Part shown: piece by piece, positions 34,455 through 42,589 of the stretch
How positions within the stretch are numbered: the stretch's first letter is position 1
How the letters are laid out: every line of letters starts with the position of its first letter
Origin: Acidimicrobiia bacterium
GTDB lineage: Bacteria; Actinomycetota; Acidimicrobiia; IMCC26256; PALSA-555
Assembly: GCA_040902705.1 (NCBI GenBank)
Contig: JBBDWT010000038.1
Coordinates: forward strand, 1 to 43,965
Direction of reading: 5' to 3'
Length of the DNA: 43,965 nt
Position numbers and translations under genes: made by a program
The notes under the pieces: model-generated
Told to the model about the DNA's origin: nothing
Seen by the model: only the letters and a program-made list of their open reading frames with translations
Databases searched by the model: none

Positions 34455-35063
34455 GTGCGCGTCGAAGAGCCGTCGCCGGGAGCGCGCAGGACCGTGCGGA
34501 AGGTCCGCGTCGGACGGGCGTGGGCGATGGTCTGCGCGCTGGTGACCGCGGTCGCTGCCCTCGCCGCGACCGTGCTCGGAGAGCCGGCACTGCCGGACGG
34601 TGCAGCGGCCGATGCGCGCAGTGCCGAGCCGCGGCTGCACGTCACGGAGGTCCGTGCGGGGCTCCTGATCGGAGTGACGCGCGGCCCGGTGCGGGCGCGT
34701 CTCGTCGACCTGACGCGCGCCTGGGGCGTCGTGCTCCTCGGGTGGGGTGCACTCGTCCCCGGCCGGCTCCGGGTCGATGACCGCGACCTGCTCTGGTCGC
34801 CGCGCGACGTGTGGAGCAGCAGCGGCGCGCAGGAGGTCCTGGTCGCCTGGAACGACGTCACGCGCGTCGAGACGACTCGGACGTGGCTGCGTCGGTCGAT
34901 CGTCCGGATCGTCACGGAGCAGGGCGACGACGCGTGGCTGCTCATCCGACCACGCGCTGCTCAGCCCGCGAGCGTGCGAAGGATGTTCGAGAAAATGAGC
35001 GCGACGGCTCGTGCGAGACGACTCGTGGTTACTGGAGGGGGAAGACGATCGGGATGGCGATGA
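34455..35063 (+). CDS. hypothetical membrane-anchored protein (possibly a bacterial PH-like domain)
   Basis: Coding-type GC3 holds until ~35000 and then decays where the ORF overlaps the convergent permease gene. TM segment MVCALVTAVAALAATVL (alternative ATG ~34527). No recognisable catalytic motif. Confidence 0.5.
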   Translation: MRVEEPSPGARRTVRKVRVGRAWAMVCALVTAVAALAATVLGEPALPDGAAADARSAEPRLHVTEVRAGLLIGVTRGPVRARLVDLTRAWGVVLLGWGALVPGRLRVDDRDLLWSPRDVWSSSGAQEVLVAWNDVTRVETTRTWLRRSIVRIVTEQGDDAWLLIRPRAAQPASVRRMFEKMSATARARRLVVTGGGRRSGWR

Positions 35064-36822
35064 GGGAGACGATCACCGTGATGATGGTGAGCGGCGCGCC
35101 GAGGCGCGTGAAGTCACGGAAGCGGTAGCCGCCCATCCCGAAGACGAGCAGGTTGGTCTGGTAGCCGATCGGGGTGAGGAAGGAGCACGAGGCGCCGATC
35201 AGGATCGCGATCGCGAACGGGCGGAAGTTCAGCCCCGCACCCGTCGCCGTCGCGGCGGCGATCGGGAACATGAGGACCGCCGCCGCGTTGTTGGACAGGA
35301 GCTCGGTCAGGATCATCGTGGCGAGCAGCACCGCCGCGAGGATCCCGATGTCGCCGATCGGTGATCCGGCATCGACGAGGAGCCGGCCGAGGTCCTGAGC
35401 GAGCCCGCTCGTCTGCATCGCCGCACCGAGCCCGAAGCTCGCGGCGATGAGCACGATGATGTCGAAGTTGATCGCCCGACGCGCCTCACCCGGCGTGATC
35501 GCGCCGACCACGAGGCACGCCAGGGCTGCGAGCAGCGAGGTCTTGAGCAGGTCGAGGATGCCGAGGCCCGAGACGACGATCAGTCCGACCGTGATCAGCT
35601 CGACGACTCGGGCTCGATTGCGACGAGGGGGGACACCGCCCTCGACCGCGGACACGAGCAGGAAGTCGTCACGCCCGCGCCAACGACGCCCGAAGTCGGC
35701 GTCCGCCAGCACGAGCAGGAGGTCGCCGGGCCGCAACCGGACGTCACCGAGGCGGCTCGCGAGGCGCTCGTCGGCACGGTGCACCGCCATGACCGCGGCG
35801 CCGTACCGTGCACGGAAGTCGACCTCCTTGATCGTCGAGCCGACGAGCGGTGATCCCTCGGCGACGACGACCTCGAACGTCTCCGTGTCCGTCCCCCCGC
35901 TCGCGACCGAGAAGTGCCGGTGCTCCGCGGACACGAGGCCGGGGATGCGATGGAGGTCGAGGACGCGGGTGATGTTGCCGGCGAAGATCAGGCGGTCGTC
36001 GCCGCGGAGGACCTCGTCGGGAGCGACCGGCGCGAAGCGGTCGCCGCCGCGCTCGATCTCGATGAGATAGACGCCTTCCAGGTTGCGGAGACCGGCGTTG
36101 GCCACGCTCTTTCCCACGAGATTCGAGCCACCGGCCACGAGCATCTCCAGCGTGTACGCACGCTCGCCGCCGACATCGGTTTCTCCCGGAGACTGGCGTC
36201 GCGGGAGGAGCAGCGGCGTCAGCAGCACGAGCGCGATCACGCCCACGATCGCCACCGGCAGGCCGACCGGTGTGATCTCGAAGACCTCGAGCTGTGGGCG
36301 CCCCGCCTGCTCGAGCAGGCCGGACACGGTGACGTTCGTCGACGTCCCGACGACGGTGATCACGCCGCCGAACACCGCCGCGTAGCTGAACGGCATCAGG
36401 AAGCGCGACGGCGATCGGCTCGTCCGTCGGCACCACGACACGATCCGAGGTGCGACCATGCTCACGAGCGGAGTGTTGGCGATGAACGCGGATCCGAGCG
36501 TGCCCGGGACGACGACGCGCGCGAGGTCGCGCCGCTCGCGAGAGACCGTCGGATCCGAGGCTCGGGTCCCGAGGGCGCGGTCGGTGAGGCCCTGCATCGC
36601 GCCGGTCGTCTCGGTCGCGCCGGCCAGCACGTACAGCGCAGCGACGATGATCGGCGCCTCGTTGGAGAACCCAGCGAAGGCTTGCGCCGACGTGATGACA
36701 TCGCCGACGAGGAGCACGACGACCGCGCCGACCATCACGACCGACGGCTGGACGCGCTCGCTCACGAGCAGCACCATCGTGACGATGACGACGACGAGGG
36801 TGAACCACGCGTCGGCGCTCAC
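35029..36822 (-). CDS. SLC13/DASS-family anion permease with two central TrkA-C (RCK-C) domains
   Basis: 597 aa, polytopic. Two cytoplasmic TrkA-C repeats: GKSVANAGLRNLEGVYLIEIERGGDRFAP...GDDRLIFAG and GSTIKEVDFRARYGAAVMAVHRADERL...PGDLLLVLA. Confidence 0.85.
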   Translation of the reverse strand: MSADAWFTLVVVIVTMVLLVSERVQPSVVMVGAVVVLLVGDVITSAQAFAGFSNEAPIIVAALYVLAGATETTGAMQGLTDRALGTRASDPTVSRERRDLARVVVPGTLGSAFIANTPLVSMVAPRIVSWCRRTSRSPSRFLMPFSYAAVFGGVITVVGTSTNVTVSGLLEQAGRPQLEVFEITPVGLPVAIVGVIALVLLTPLLLPRRQSPGETDVGGERAYTLEMLVAGGSNLVGKSVANAGLRNLEGVYLIEIERGGDRFAPVAPDEVLRGDDRLIFAGNITRVLDLHRIPGLVSAEHRHFSVASGGTDTETFEVVVAEGSPLVGSTIKEVDFRARYGAAVMAVHRADERLASRLGDVRLRPGDLLLVLADADFGRRWRGRDDFLLVSAVEGGVPPRRNRARVVELITVGLIVVSGLGILDLLKTSLLAALACLVVGAITPGEARRAINFDIIVLIAASFGLGAAMQTSGLAQDLGRLLVDAGSPIGDIGILAAVLLATMILTELLSNNAAAVLMFPIAAATATGAGLNFRPFAIAILIGASCSFLTPIGYQTNLLVFGMGGYRFRDFTRLGAPLTIITVIVSLIAIPIVFPLQ

Positions 36823-36855
36823 CGTGTCCCCGCGCTCATCGAGCCATCCCCGTGT

Positions 36856-37653
36856 TCAGCCGCGGGTGAGCAGGTGATCCTGCCACCACTTGCGGATGCC
36901 GGTCGCGGATCCGGCGTGGAGGCGTTCGGCGCGGAGCCGTTGCTCGAGGTCGGAGTCGAGCTCGGGGAGGCCGGAGCCGCCGGGCGTCGTCACCCATGCG
37001 AGGAGCCGGTCGGCGAGCTGCGGGTTGCGCGGGAGCACGGGTCCGTGCATGTACGTGCAGAGCAGCCGCTCGCCGAGCACGCCGTCGGCGCCCGAGCCGT
37101 CGCCGTTGCCACCCCCGGTGACGACGCGGCCGAGGGGCTCGAGGTCCTCGCCGAGCGTCGTGCGGCCACCGTGGTTCTCGAACCCTGTCAGGGTCTGCGG
37201 TGGGCCGCTCGATCCCCAGTGGCGCGACGCCCCCGGCTCCACCACCACCTCGCCGATCAGGCGGCCGGAGCCCGCGCGGGTGACCGCGTCGATGATCCCG
37301 CTCCCCTCGATCGCGGTGCCGTCGGCGGCGTCGTAGCTGTGACCGAGGAGCTGGAAGCCGGCGCACACGGCGAACACCACCGCGCCACCCGCATGGGCAC
37401 GCTCGATCGCCGGCCGCGACGCGCGCATGCCCTCCGCGGCCATGAGCTGGGGATCGTCTTCGCCGCCCCCGAAGAGGTAGATGTCGATCGAGTCAGGGAT
37501 CGCCGCGCCGGCTCCGATCTCGACGAGCTCGGCGGGGATGCCGCGCCAGCGCGCTCGCTGCACGAGGACGATCGCGTTCCCGCGGTCACCGTACGTGCCG
37601 AGCAGCTCGGGGTAGACGAGGCCGACGCGCACTGCCGAGTCCCGGGGGCTCAT
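36856..37653 (-). CDS. gatD: lipid II isoglutaminyl synthase, glutaminase subunit GatD (CobQ-like GATase)
   Basis: ATG 37653 overlaps the murT stop (ATGA). VGLVYPELLGTYGDRGNA, the nucleophile context FAVCAGFQLLG, and GFENHGG. It is paired with murT. Confidence 0.88.
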   Translation of the reverse strand: MSPRDSAVRVGLVYPELLGTYGDRGNAIVLVQRARWRGIPAELVEIGAGAAIPDSIDIYLFGGGEDDPQLMAAEGMRASRPAIERAHAGGAVVFAVCAGFQLLGHSYDAADGTAIEGSGIIDAVTRAGSGRLIGEVVVEPGASRHWGSSGPPQTLTGFENHGGRTTLGEDLEPLGRVVTGGGNGDGSGADGVLGERLLCTYMHGPVLPRNPQLADRLLAWVTTPGGSGLPELDSDLEQRLRAERLHAGSATGIRKWWQDHLLTRG

Positions 37654-38897
37654 GCGTCCTCCTTCGTGCCGTAGCGACGGTAGAGGGCGGAGAACTGGGT
37701 GTACGACGCGATGATGTACACGTCGTCGCCGGGGAGCGCACGCGCCGCGGCGATCGGGTCGTCCTCCACGACGGCATCGAGCTCGGCGTATCGCAGCCGG
37801 ACCGCGACGTCGAGCTTGCGGTCGCCGGCCGCTGCCACCGGATGGCCGAGCAGCCACTCGTAGTGCACGTCCCAGAGCCACGACGGGTCCTTGCCGTCGG
37901 CGACGCGCGCGTTGACCGCGATCGTCACCGCCGCGCCCTCCTGCCCGGCGACGTGGCGGAGTGCCTCGGTCCACCCGGCCGGGTTCTTCGAGAGGAGGAC
38001 CGTGGCCAGGCGGCCATCGCCGAGCGGCACCGACATGAAGCGCCCGGCCACGCTCGTGACCTTCCCCATCGCGCGTGCTGCGGCATCGGCGTCGACGCCG
38101 AAGTGCGTCACCGCCGCCACGAGTGCGAGTGCGGCGTTGGCACGGTTCCACGCGCCGGGGAGCGCCAGCGCGAGCGGGATTCGCCGGCCGTCGAGCAGCA
38201 CCGCATCGCCGTCGAGTGCGTGCGCTGCGTCAGGCTGGGCGAAGCCGCACTCGCGGCAGTCGAACCGATCGGCCGACCAGTCGAGCAGCGCGCCGCACGA
38301 CGGGCACGTGGCCGCGTCGTTGCGCCACCCCAGGCCGAGGTTCACCCAGGTGACCTTTGCCGGCGAAGCGGCCCACACGACGTGCGGATCGGACGCGTTC
38401 GCGACGACCGGGAGGTCCGGGTGCGCTTCGGAGACGCGCCGCCACGCATCGCCGACCGCGTGGACCTCGCCGTAGCGGTCGAGCTGGTCGCGGCTGAGGT
38501 TGCCGTACACGAGCAGCTCCACGCCGAGCGGGTCGACGACTCGCTCCACGACGCGCTCGTCGACCTCGAGGATCGCCGTGCCCGGACCGGCGGCGCGAGC
38601 GAGCGTGGGCGCGATACCCGAGGTGAGGTTGGCCCCCGTCGAGTTGCTCACGAGCGGCCGCCCGTCGACGCCGACGGCGGCGGCGAGCAGGCGTGTCGTC
38701 GTCGTCTTGCCGTTGGTCGCCGACACGATCGTGACGTGCTGGCCGGCCGCGACCTCGCGCAGGAGGTCGGGTGCGATCGTGTTCATGACGCGTCCGCTGA
38801 TGGTCGCCCCTTGGCCGCGCCCGGCGATGCGCGACAGCCACCCGGCGACGCGCCCGGCCGCGATCGCCGTCCGTGCCCGTGCCGACCGGCGACTCAC
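37650..38897 (-). CDS. murT: lipid II isoglutaminyl synthase, Mur-ligase-like subunit MurT
   Basis: GTG 38897 overlaps the upstream methyltransferase stop (GTGA). P-loop VSATNGKTTTT, a Cys4 ribbon CPSCGALL...CRECG, and a DUF1727-like C-terminus. Confidence 0.88.
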   Translation of the reverse strand: MSRRSARARTAIAAGRVAGWLSRIAGRGQGATISGRVMNTIAPDLLREVAAGQHVTIVSATNGKTTTTRLLAAAVGVDGRPLVSNSTGANLTSGIAPTLARAAGPGTAILEVDERVVERVVDPLGVELLVYGNLSRDQLDRYGEVHAVGDAWRRVSEAHPDLPVVANASDPHVVWAASPAKVTWVNLGLGWRNDAATCPSCGALLDWSADRFDCRECGFAQPDAAHALDGDAVLLDGRRIPLALALPGAWNRANAALALVAAVTHFGVDADAAARAMGKVTSVAGRFMSVPLGDGRLATVLLSKNPAGWTEALRHVAGQEGAAVTIAVNARVADGKDPSWLWDVHYEWLLGHPVAAAGDRKLDVAVRLRYAELDAVVEDDPIAAARALPGDDVYIIASYTQFSALYRRYGTKEDA

Positions 38898-39664
38898 GCG
38901 AGGCGCTCGCACCAGTAGGCGTCGACGCGGTACGGGATCTCGAGCTCGGTGCATCCCGCGGTCGCGGGGTGCGTGGCGAGCACCACGCGCACGTCGTCGA
39001 GCACTGCGGCACGCTCGGCGTCGGGCAGGACTGCGACGTGGCTGACCGACGCGAACCGGTCGACGACGCGGTCGATGTCGAGCGTCTGCGTGTGGTGGAA
39101 GGCGCCTTCATGCAGCGGACCGAAGCCGCGGCGCTCGCCGAGCGCGCTGTCGGACCACCGCTCGTGGTCACGCCACGGCGCGCGCTTCTCGACGCGATCC
39201 ATGATCGACCAGAGCGCATCGACCCAGTCGACCGAGCGGTCGCGGGCGTTCCAGATCATCGCGACGCGCCCTCCGGGGCGGAGCACGCGCGCGAGCTCGG
39301 CGAACGCACGGTCGGTGTCGAACCAGTGGAACGCCTGCGCGACCGTCACCGCGTCGAGCGTCGCCGCGGCGAGGGGGAGCGTCTCCGCGCTCCCGGCGAC
39401 CAGCGGCACCGTCGGGCACGCGTCATGCAGCATCCGCCACATGCCCTCGACGGGCTCGACCGCGATGAGCTCGGCTCCGGTGGGGACGAGGAGCGTGGTG
39501 AGCTTCCCGGTTCCGGCCGCGAGGTCGCAGCAGAGGGTGCCGGGGACGAGTCGGAGATGCTCCGTCAGCCAGGCCACCGCGTCGGGCGGGTACGACGGGC
39601 GGGCCCGGTCGTACGCGTCAGCTCCGGAGTCGAAGCCGCGCTGCGCGACGTCGTGGACGGCCAT
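38894..39664 (-). CDS. class I SAM-dependent methyltransferase (Methyltransf_11-like)
   Basis: The start is placed at the internal ATG 39664 (MAVHDVAQRGFD...). Motif I is CCDLAAGTGKLT. The post-I region is IAVEPVEGM. AQAFHWFD and LRPGGRVAMIWN are typical of this family. Confidence 0.85.
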   Translation of the reverse strand: MAVHDVAQRGFDSGADAYDRARPSYPPDAVAWLTEHLRLVPGTLCCDLAAGTGKLTTLLVPTGAELIAVEPVEGMWRMLHDACPTVPLVAGSAETLPLAAATLDAVTVAQAFHWFDTDRAFAELARVLRPGGRVAMIWNARDRSVDWVDALWSIMDRVEKRAPWRDHERWSDSALGERRGFGPLHEGAFHHTQTLDIDRVVDRFASVSHVAVLPDAERAAVLDDVRVVLATHPATAGCTELEIPYRVDAYWCERLA

Positions 39665-39755
39665 CGGTCGATGTTGCCAGATCCCCCCCAACCCGAGGCT
39701 CTTCGGCACGCCGTGCGGCGTGACGCGCCGGAGAACGTGCCGAGAGGCCAAGCGG

Positions 39756-40490
39756 CTACTCGTGGAGGCCGCACTCCAGCTTGTCGAGGCCCGACCAGCG
39801 ACCGGCGCGGGGGTCCTCGCCGTCCTCGACCGGGCGGGTGCACGGCCAGCAGCCGATCGACGTGTAGCCGAGCTCGCGCAGCGGGTGCTCGGGGAGCGCG
39901 CGGTCCTGGGAGTACCCGGCGACGTCGGCGCCGGTCCACGTCGCGAGCGGGTTCACCTTCACGAGGCCGCGACCGACGTCGTACGCGACGATCGGCGTGC
40001 GCGACCGCGTGCTGGCCTCGTCACGACGCAAGCCCGTCATCCAGGCCTCCTTGCGCGAGAGCGCCTTGGCGAGCGGGACGACCTTGCGGGCACCGCAGCA
40101 GCCGTCGGGATCGTCGAGCCAGCGGTCGTCGGGGTCGACCTCGGGCTCCACGACGCGGAGGTTGAGGTCGTAGCGCTGCCGGATGTGCTCGACGTACCAG
40201 AGCGTCTCGGCGAAGTGGTACTGCGTGTCGAGGAACACAACCTCGATCCCCGGATCGACCTGGTGTGCGAGGTCGATGAGCACGCAGTCCTGGAACGACG
40301 ACGCGAGCACGAGGCCCTCGCGGAACTGCTCGACGGCCCACTCGATCGCCTTGCTCGCCGGCTTGCTCTCGAGTGACGCCGCGACCGCGGCGAGCTCGCG
40401 CAGGTCGATGTTGCTGTCGATCTCGGGCTGCGGGTGCGCGTCGGCGTCGCTCTCGCCGTCGGTGGGGCGGGAGCCGATGGCGATGCTCAT
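39756..40490 (-). CDS. cysH: adenosine/phosphoadenosine 5'-phosphosulfate reductase (Fe-S type CysH)
   Basis: ATG 40490 overlaps the sulfite reductase stop (ATGA). VLASSFQDCVLIDL, the CC pair (DGCCGARKV) and SIGCWPCT indicate the [4Fe-4S] APS-reductase type. C-terminal ECGLH. Confidence 0.9.
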   Translation of the reverse strand: MSIAIGSRPTDGESDADAHPQPEIDSNIDLRELAAVAASLESKPASKAIEWAVEQFREGLVLASSFQDCVLIDLAHQVDPGIEVVFLDTQYHFAETLWYVEHIRQRYDLNLRVVEPEVDPDDRWLDDPDGCCGARKVVPLAKALSRKEAWMTGLRRDEASTRSRTPIVAYDVGRGLVKVNPLATWTGADVAGYSQDRALPEHPLRELGYTSIGCWPCTRPVEDGEDPRAGRWSGLDKLECGLHE

Positions 40491-42292
40491 GTCGCGCACT
40501 CGCTGTCGCCGACGGTCGCCTCGTAGGGACCGGTCTCCCCGAAGTCGACGTAGAAGTCGGGTTGGTCGTCGGGCAGCGGGAACTCGTCGAGGTGCTTCAG
40601 CGAGGTGCCGACCTCGGCGGCGCCACCCGCGCGGGCGAGCCACGAGGCGAACGTCTCGCCGGCGGTGCGCTCGTCGTTGAAGCGGCCGACGACCTGCACG
40701 ACGGCTTCGGACGCCCGCTTCGCCGGGAGCTTGGTCGCCTTCTCGCCGAACGCGATCTCCATCTCACCGACCCGTCCGCCGAGCAGCATCTGGTACCCGG
40801 GCGCTGGGCGCCCGTGCGCGCGGCGCTCGAAGCCGAAGAAGCCGATGTCGGACGTGTGGTGCTGGCCGCAGCTGTTCGTGCAGCCGGAGATGTTGATGCG
40901 CACCCCGGGCACCTCGGCGAGGCCGGCCTCGTCGAGCGCCTTGTCGATGTCGGCGGCGAGGCCGCGCGACTGCGTGACGGCGAGGTTGCAGGTGTCGGCG
41001 CCGGGGCAGGCGACGACGTCGCGTGCGAGCTCCGCACCGGGTGTCGCCATGTCGAGGACGAGGAGGCGCGCGTGGAGGTCGCGGAGCTGGTCGTCACGCA
41101 GGCCGCGGAACACGAGGTTCTGGCGGTTGGTGACGCGCAGCTCGAGCGCGCGGCCGTCGGGGTCGAGGTCGCGCTGGATCGCGGCGATGCCCCGCAGCTG
41201 GTCGGCGGTGATGTCACCGAGGCGGGAGTGCGCGTACGCGCTCACGGTGCCGTTGGCTCGGCCACGCACGACGTTGGCGAGCTCCCACGCGGTGAACGAG
41301 TCGAGGCCGCGCAGCTCCACCGGCTGGGACTTCGGGCCGATCACCGTCGCGGTGCTCGTGCCCATGCCCGCCGGGGCGTCGCCGCGCTGCTGCACGAGCT
41401 CGGGGATGCCCTCGGGGTAGGTGGACGACGCGATGAGGAAGCGACGCTCCTTGACGATGCGCTCGCGCAGCTCGTCGATGCCCATCTTGTCGACGAGCCA
41501 CTTCATGCGGGCACGGAGCTTGTTGTCGCGGTTCGCGTGGTGGTCGAAGACGCGCAACGTCGCCTCGATCGTCGCGAGCAGCTCCTCGCGCGGCGTGAAC
41601 TCCTCGATGGCCTGCGCGGGGTGCGGGTTGGCCCCGAGCCCGCCGGCGACGAACACGCGGAAGCCGGGCTCGACCGTGCCATCGGGCAGCGGGCGGCTCA
41701 CGGCGATGATGCCGACGTCGTTGAACATGGCCTGGCCGCAGTCGGTCGCGCAGCCGGAGAAGTTGATCTTGAACTTGCGGGGCAGGCGCTGCGCGATGGG
41801 GTTCCGGAGGAACCAGTCGGTGACGGCCTGCGCCCACGGGCTGATGTCGAGCACCTCGTACGGGCACGCGCCGGCGAGATGGCATCCGGCGACGTTGCGC
41901 ACGGTGTCGCCGCACGCCTCGCGGCTGGTGAGCCCGACCGCGGCGAGGTGACGCAGCACCTCGGGCGTCTGCTCGAGCTGCACGAAGTGGAACTGGATGT
42001 TCTGCCGCGTCGTGAAGTGCGCCCAGCCGCGCGAGTAGTCCTCGACGAGGCCGGCCACCATCTCGAGCTGCTCGGGCTCGAGGCGCCCGTGCGGCACCTT
42101 CACCCGCACCATCTGGTTGTGCTCACCCTGGCGTTGGCCGTAGATGCCCTGGTTGAGGCGGAACACCCGGAAGGCATCGTCGTCGATCTCGCCCGCGAGG
42201 AAGCGCGAGACGCCGGCCTCGTAGCGGTCGAGCTCGGCTTCGATCTCGGGCTCGAGGGGGCGGACCGCGAGCGCTGCGAGCTCAGGAGTCAA
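40487..42292 (-). CDS. sir: ferredoxin-dependent sulfite reductase (NirA/Sir family, siroheme-[4Fe-4S])
   Basis: Two NIR_SIR repeats. TTRQNIQFHF, REACGDTVRNVAGC, FSGCATDCGQ, VVACPGADTCNL and ISGCTNSCGQHH match cluster and siroheme motifs. The start is tentatively TTG 42292, with GGAG ~9 nt upstream. The in-frame extension to 42484 is R/P-rich and looks non-coding. Confidence 0.88.
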   Translation of the reverse strand: MTPELAALAVRPLEPEIEAELDRYEAGVSRFLAGEIDDDAFRVFRLNQGIYGQRQGEHNQMVRVKVPHGRLEPEQLEMVAGLVEDYSRGWAHFTTRQNIQFHFVQLEQTPEVLRHLAAVGLTSREACGDTVRNVAGCHLAGACPYEVLDISPWAQAVTDWFLRNPIAQRLPRKFKINFSGCATDCGQAMFNDVGIIAVSRPLPDGTVEPGFRVFVAGGLGANPHPAQAIEEFTPREELLATIEATLRVFDHHANRDNKLRARMKWLVDKMGIDELRERIVKERRFLIASSTYPEGIPELVQQRGDAPAGMGTSTATVIGPKSQPVELRGLDSFTAWELANVVRGRANGTVSAYAHSRLGDITADQLRGIAAIQRDLDPDGRALELRVTNRQNLVFRGLRDDQLRDLHARLLVLDMATPGAELARDVVACPGADTCNLAVTQSRGLAADIDKALDEAGLAEVPGVRINISGCTNSCGQHHTSDIGFFGFERRAHGRPAPGYQMLLGGRVGEMEIAFGEKATKLPAKRASEAVVQVVGRFNDERTAGETFASWLARAGGAAEVGTSLKHLDEFPLPDDQPDFYVDFGETGPYEATVGDSECAT

Positions 42293-42502
42293 TGTGGGGC
42301 TCCAGTCGGGGGGGACCGTGCGCGACCGCGCCAAGAGGGGGGTCGTGCGGGGGGAGGTGGGCGCGTCGGGGGCCGTCAGGCGGCGACGCGCGCCGAGGTG
42401 CGACGACAGTGCTCGTCGCGGCCCTCGTGGGGGGTCCGACCCATGGCGATGCTGGGGGCTCCCCGGTGCTCGATCACGCTGCACACCTTACGGGGCGCGG
42501 CC

Positions 42503-42533
42503 TTGAATTGCCAGCACGAAGGTAATATTTCAA
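42503..42533. promoter_or_regulatory. AT-rich island with inverted repeat TTGAA-N21-TTCAA in the divergent sir / proS intergenic region (probable promoter/operator)
   Basis: cTTGAATtgccagcacgaaggTAATATTTCAAtg is the most AT-rich stretch I noticed in the window. It contains -35-like TTGAAT and -10-like TAATAT hexamers (14-nt spacing on the + strand, so the pairing is imperfect). Confidence 0.4.
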
Positions 42534-42589
42534 TGTCGACCGGAGTAGTCGGGAACTGGGCCGGAGGGGCCACCGTTTAGCCTCGCCCG

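Noticed and set aside
42293-42484. In-frame N-terminal extension of sulfite reductase (track start 42484)
   Set aside because: The extension translates to an R/P/S-rich string (…GSDPPRGPRRALSSHLGARRRLTAPDAP…) running through C-homopolymer tracts, unlike the well-behaved sequence from TTG 42292 onward. I treat it as leader, though the true start remains uncertain.
42503-42540. AT-rich island as a Xer dif site
   Set aside because: It does not match the ...ATAA-N6-TTATGT... type dif cores I recall, and dif would not be expected next to xerC itself.
40373-42580. 735-aa + strand ORF opposite sulfite reductase, and the 475-aa - strand ORF 42530..43957 opposite proS
   Set aside because: Both are mirror ORFs of genes with diagnostic Fe-S/siroheme or class II aaRS motifs. 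Neither has a motif of its own.
42293-42589. SAM or other sulfur-responsive riboswitch, or a T-box, in the sir / proS intergenic region
   Set aside because: I recognised no conserved SAM-I/SAM-IV cores and no T-box specifier/antiterminator motifs. The region is dominated by C/G homopolymer runs instead.
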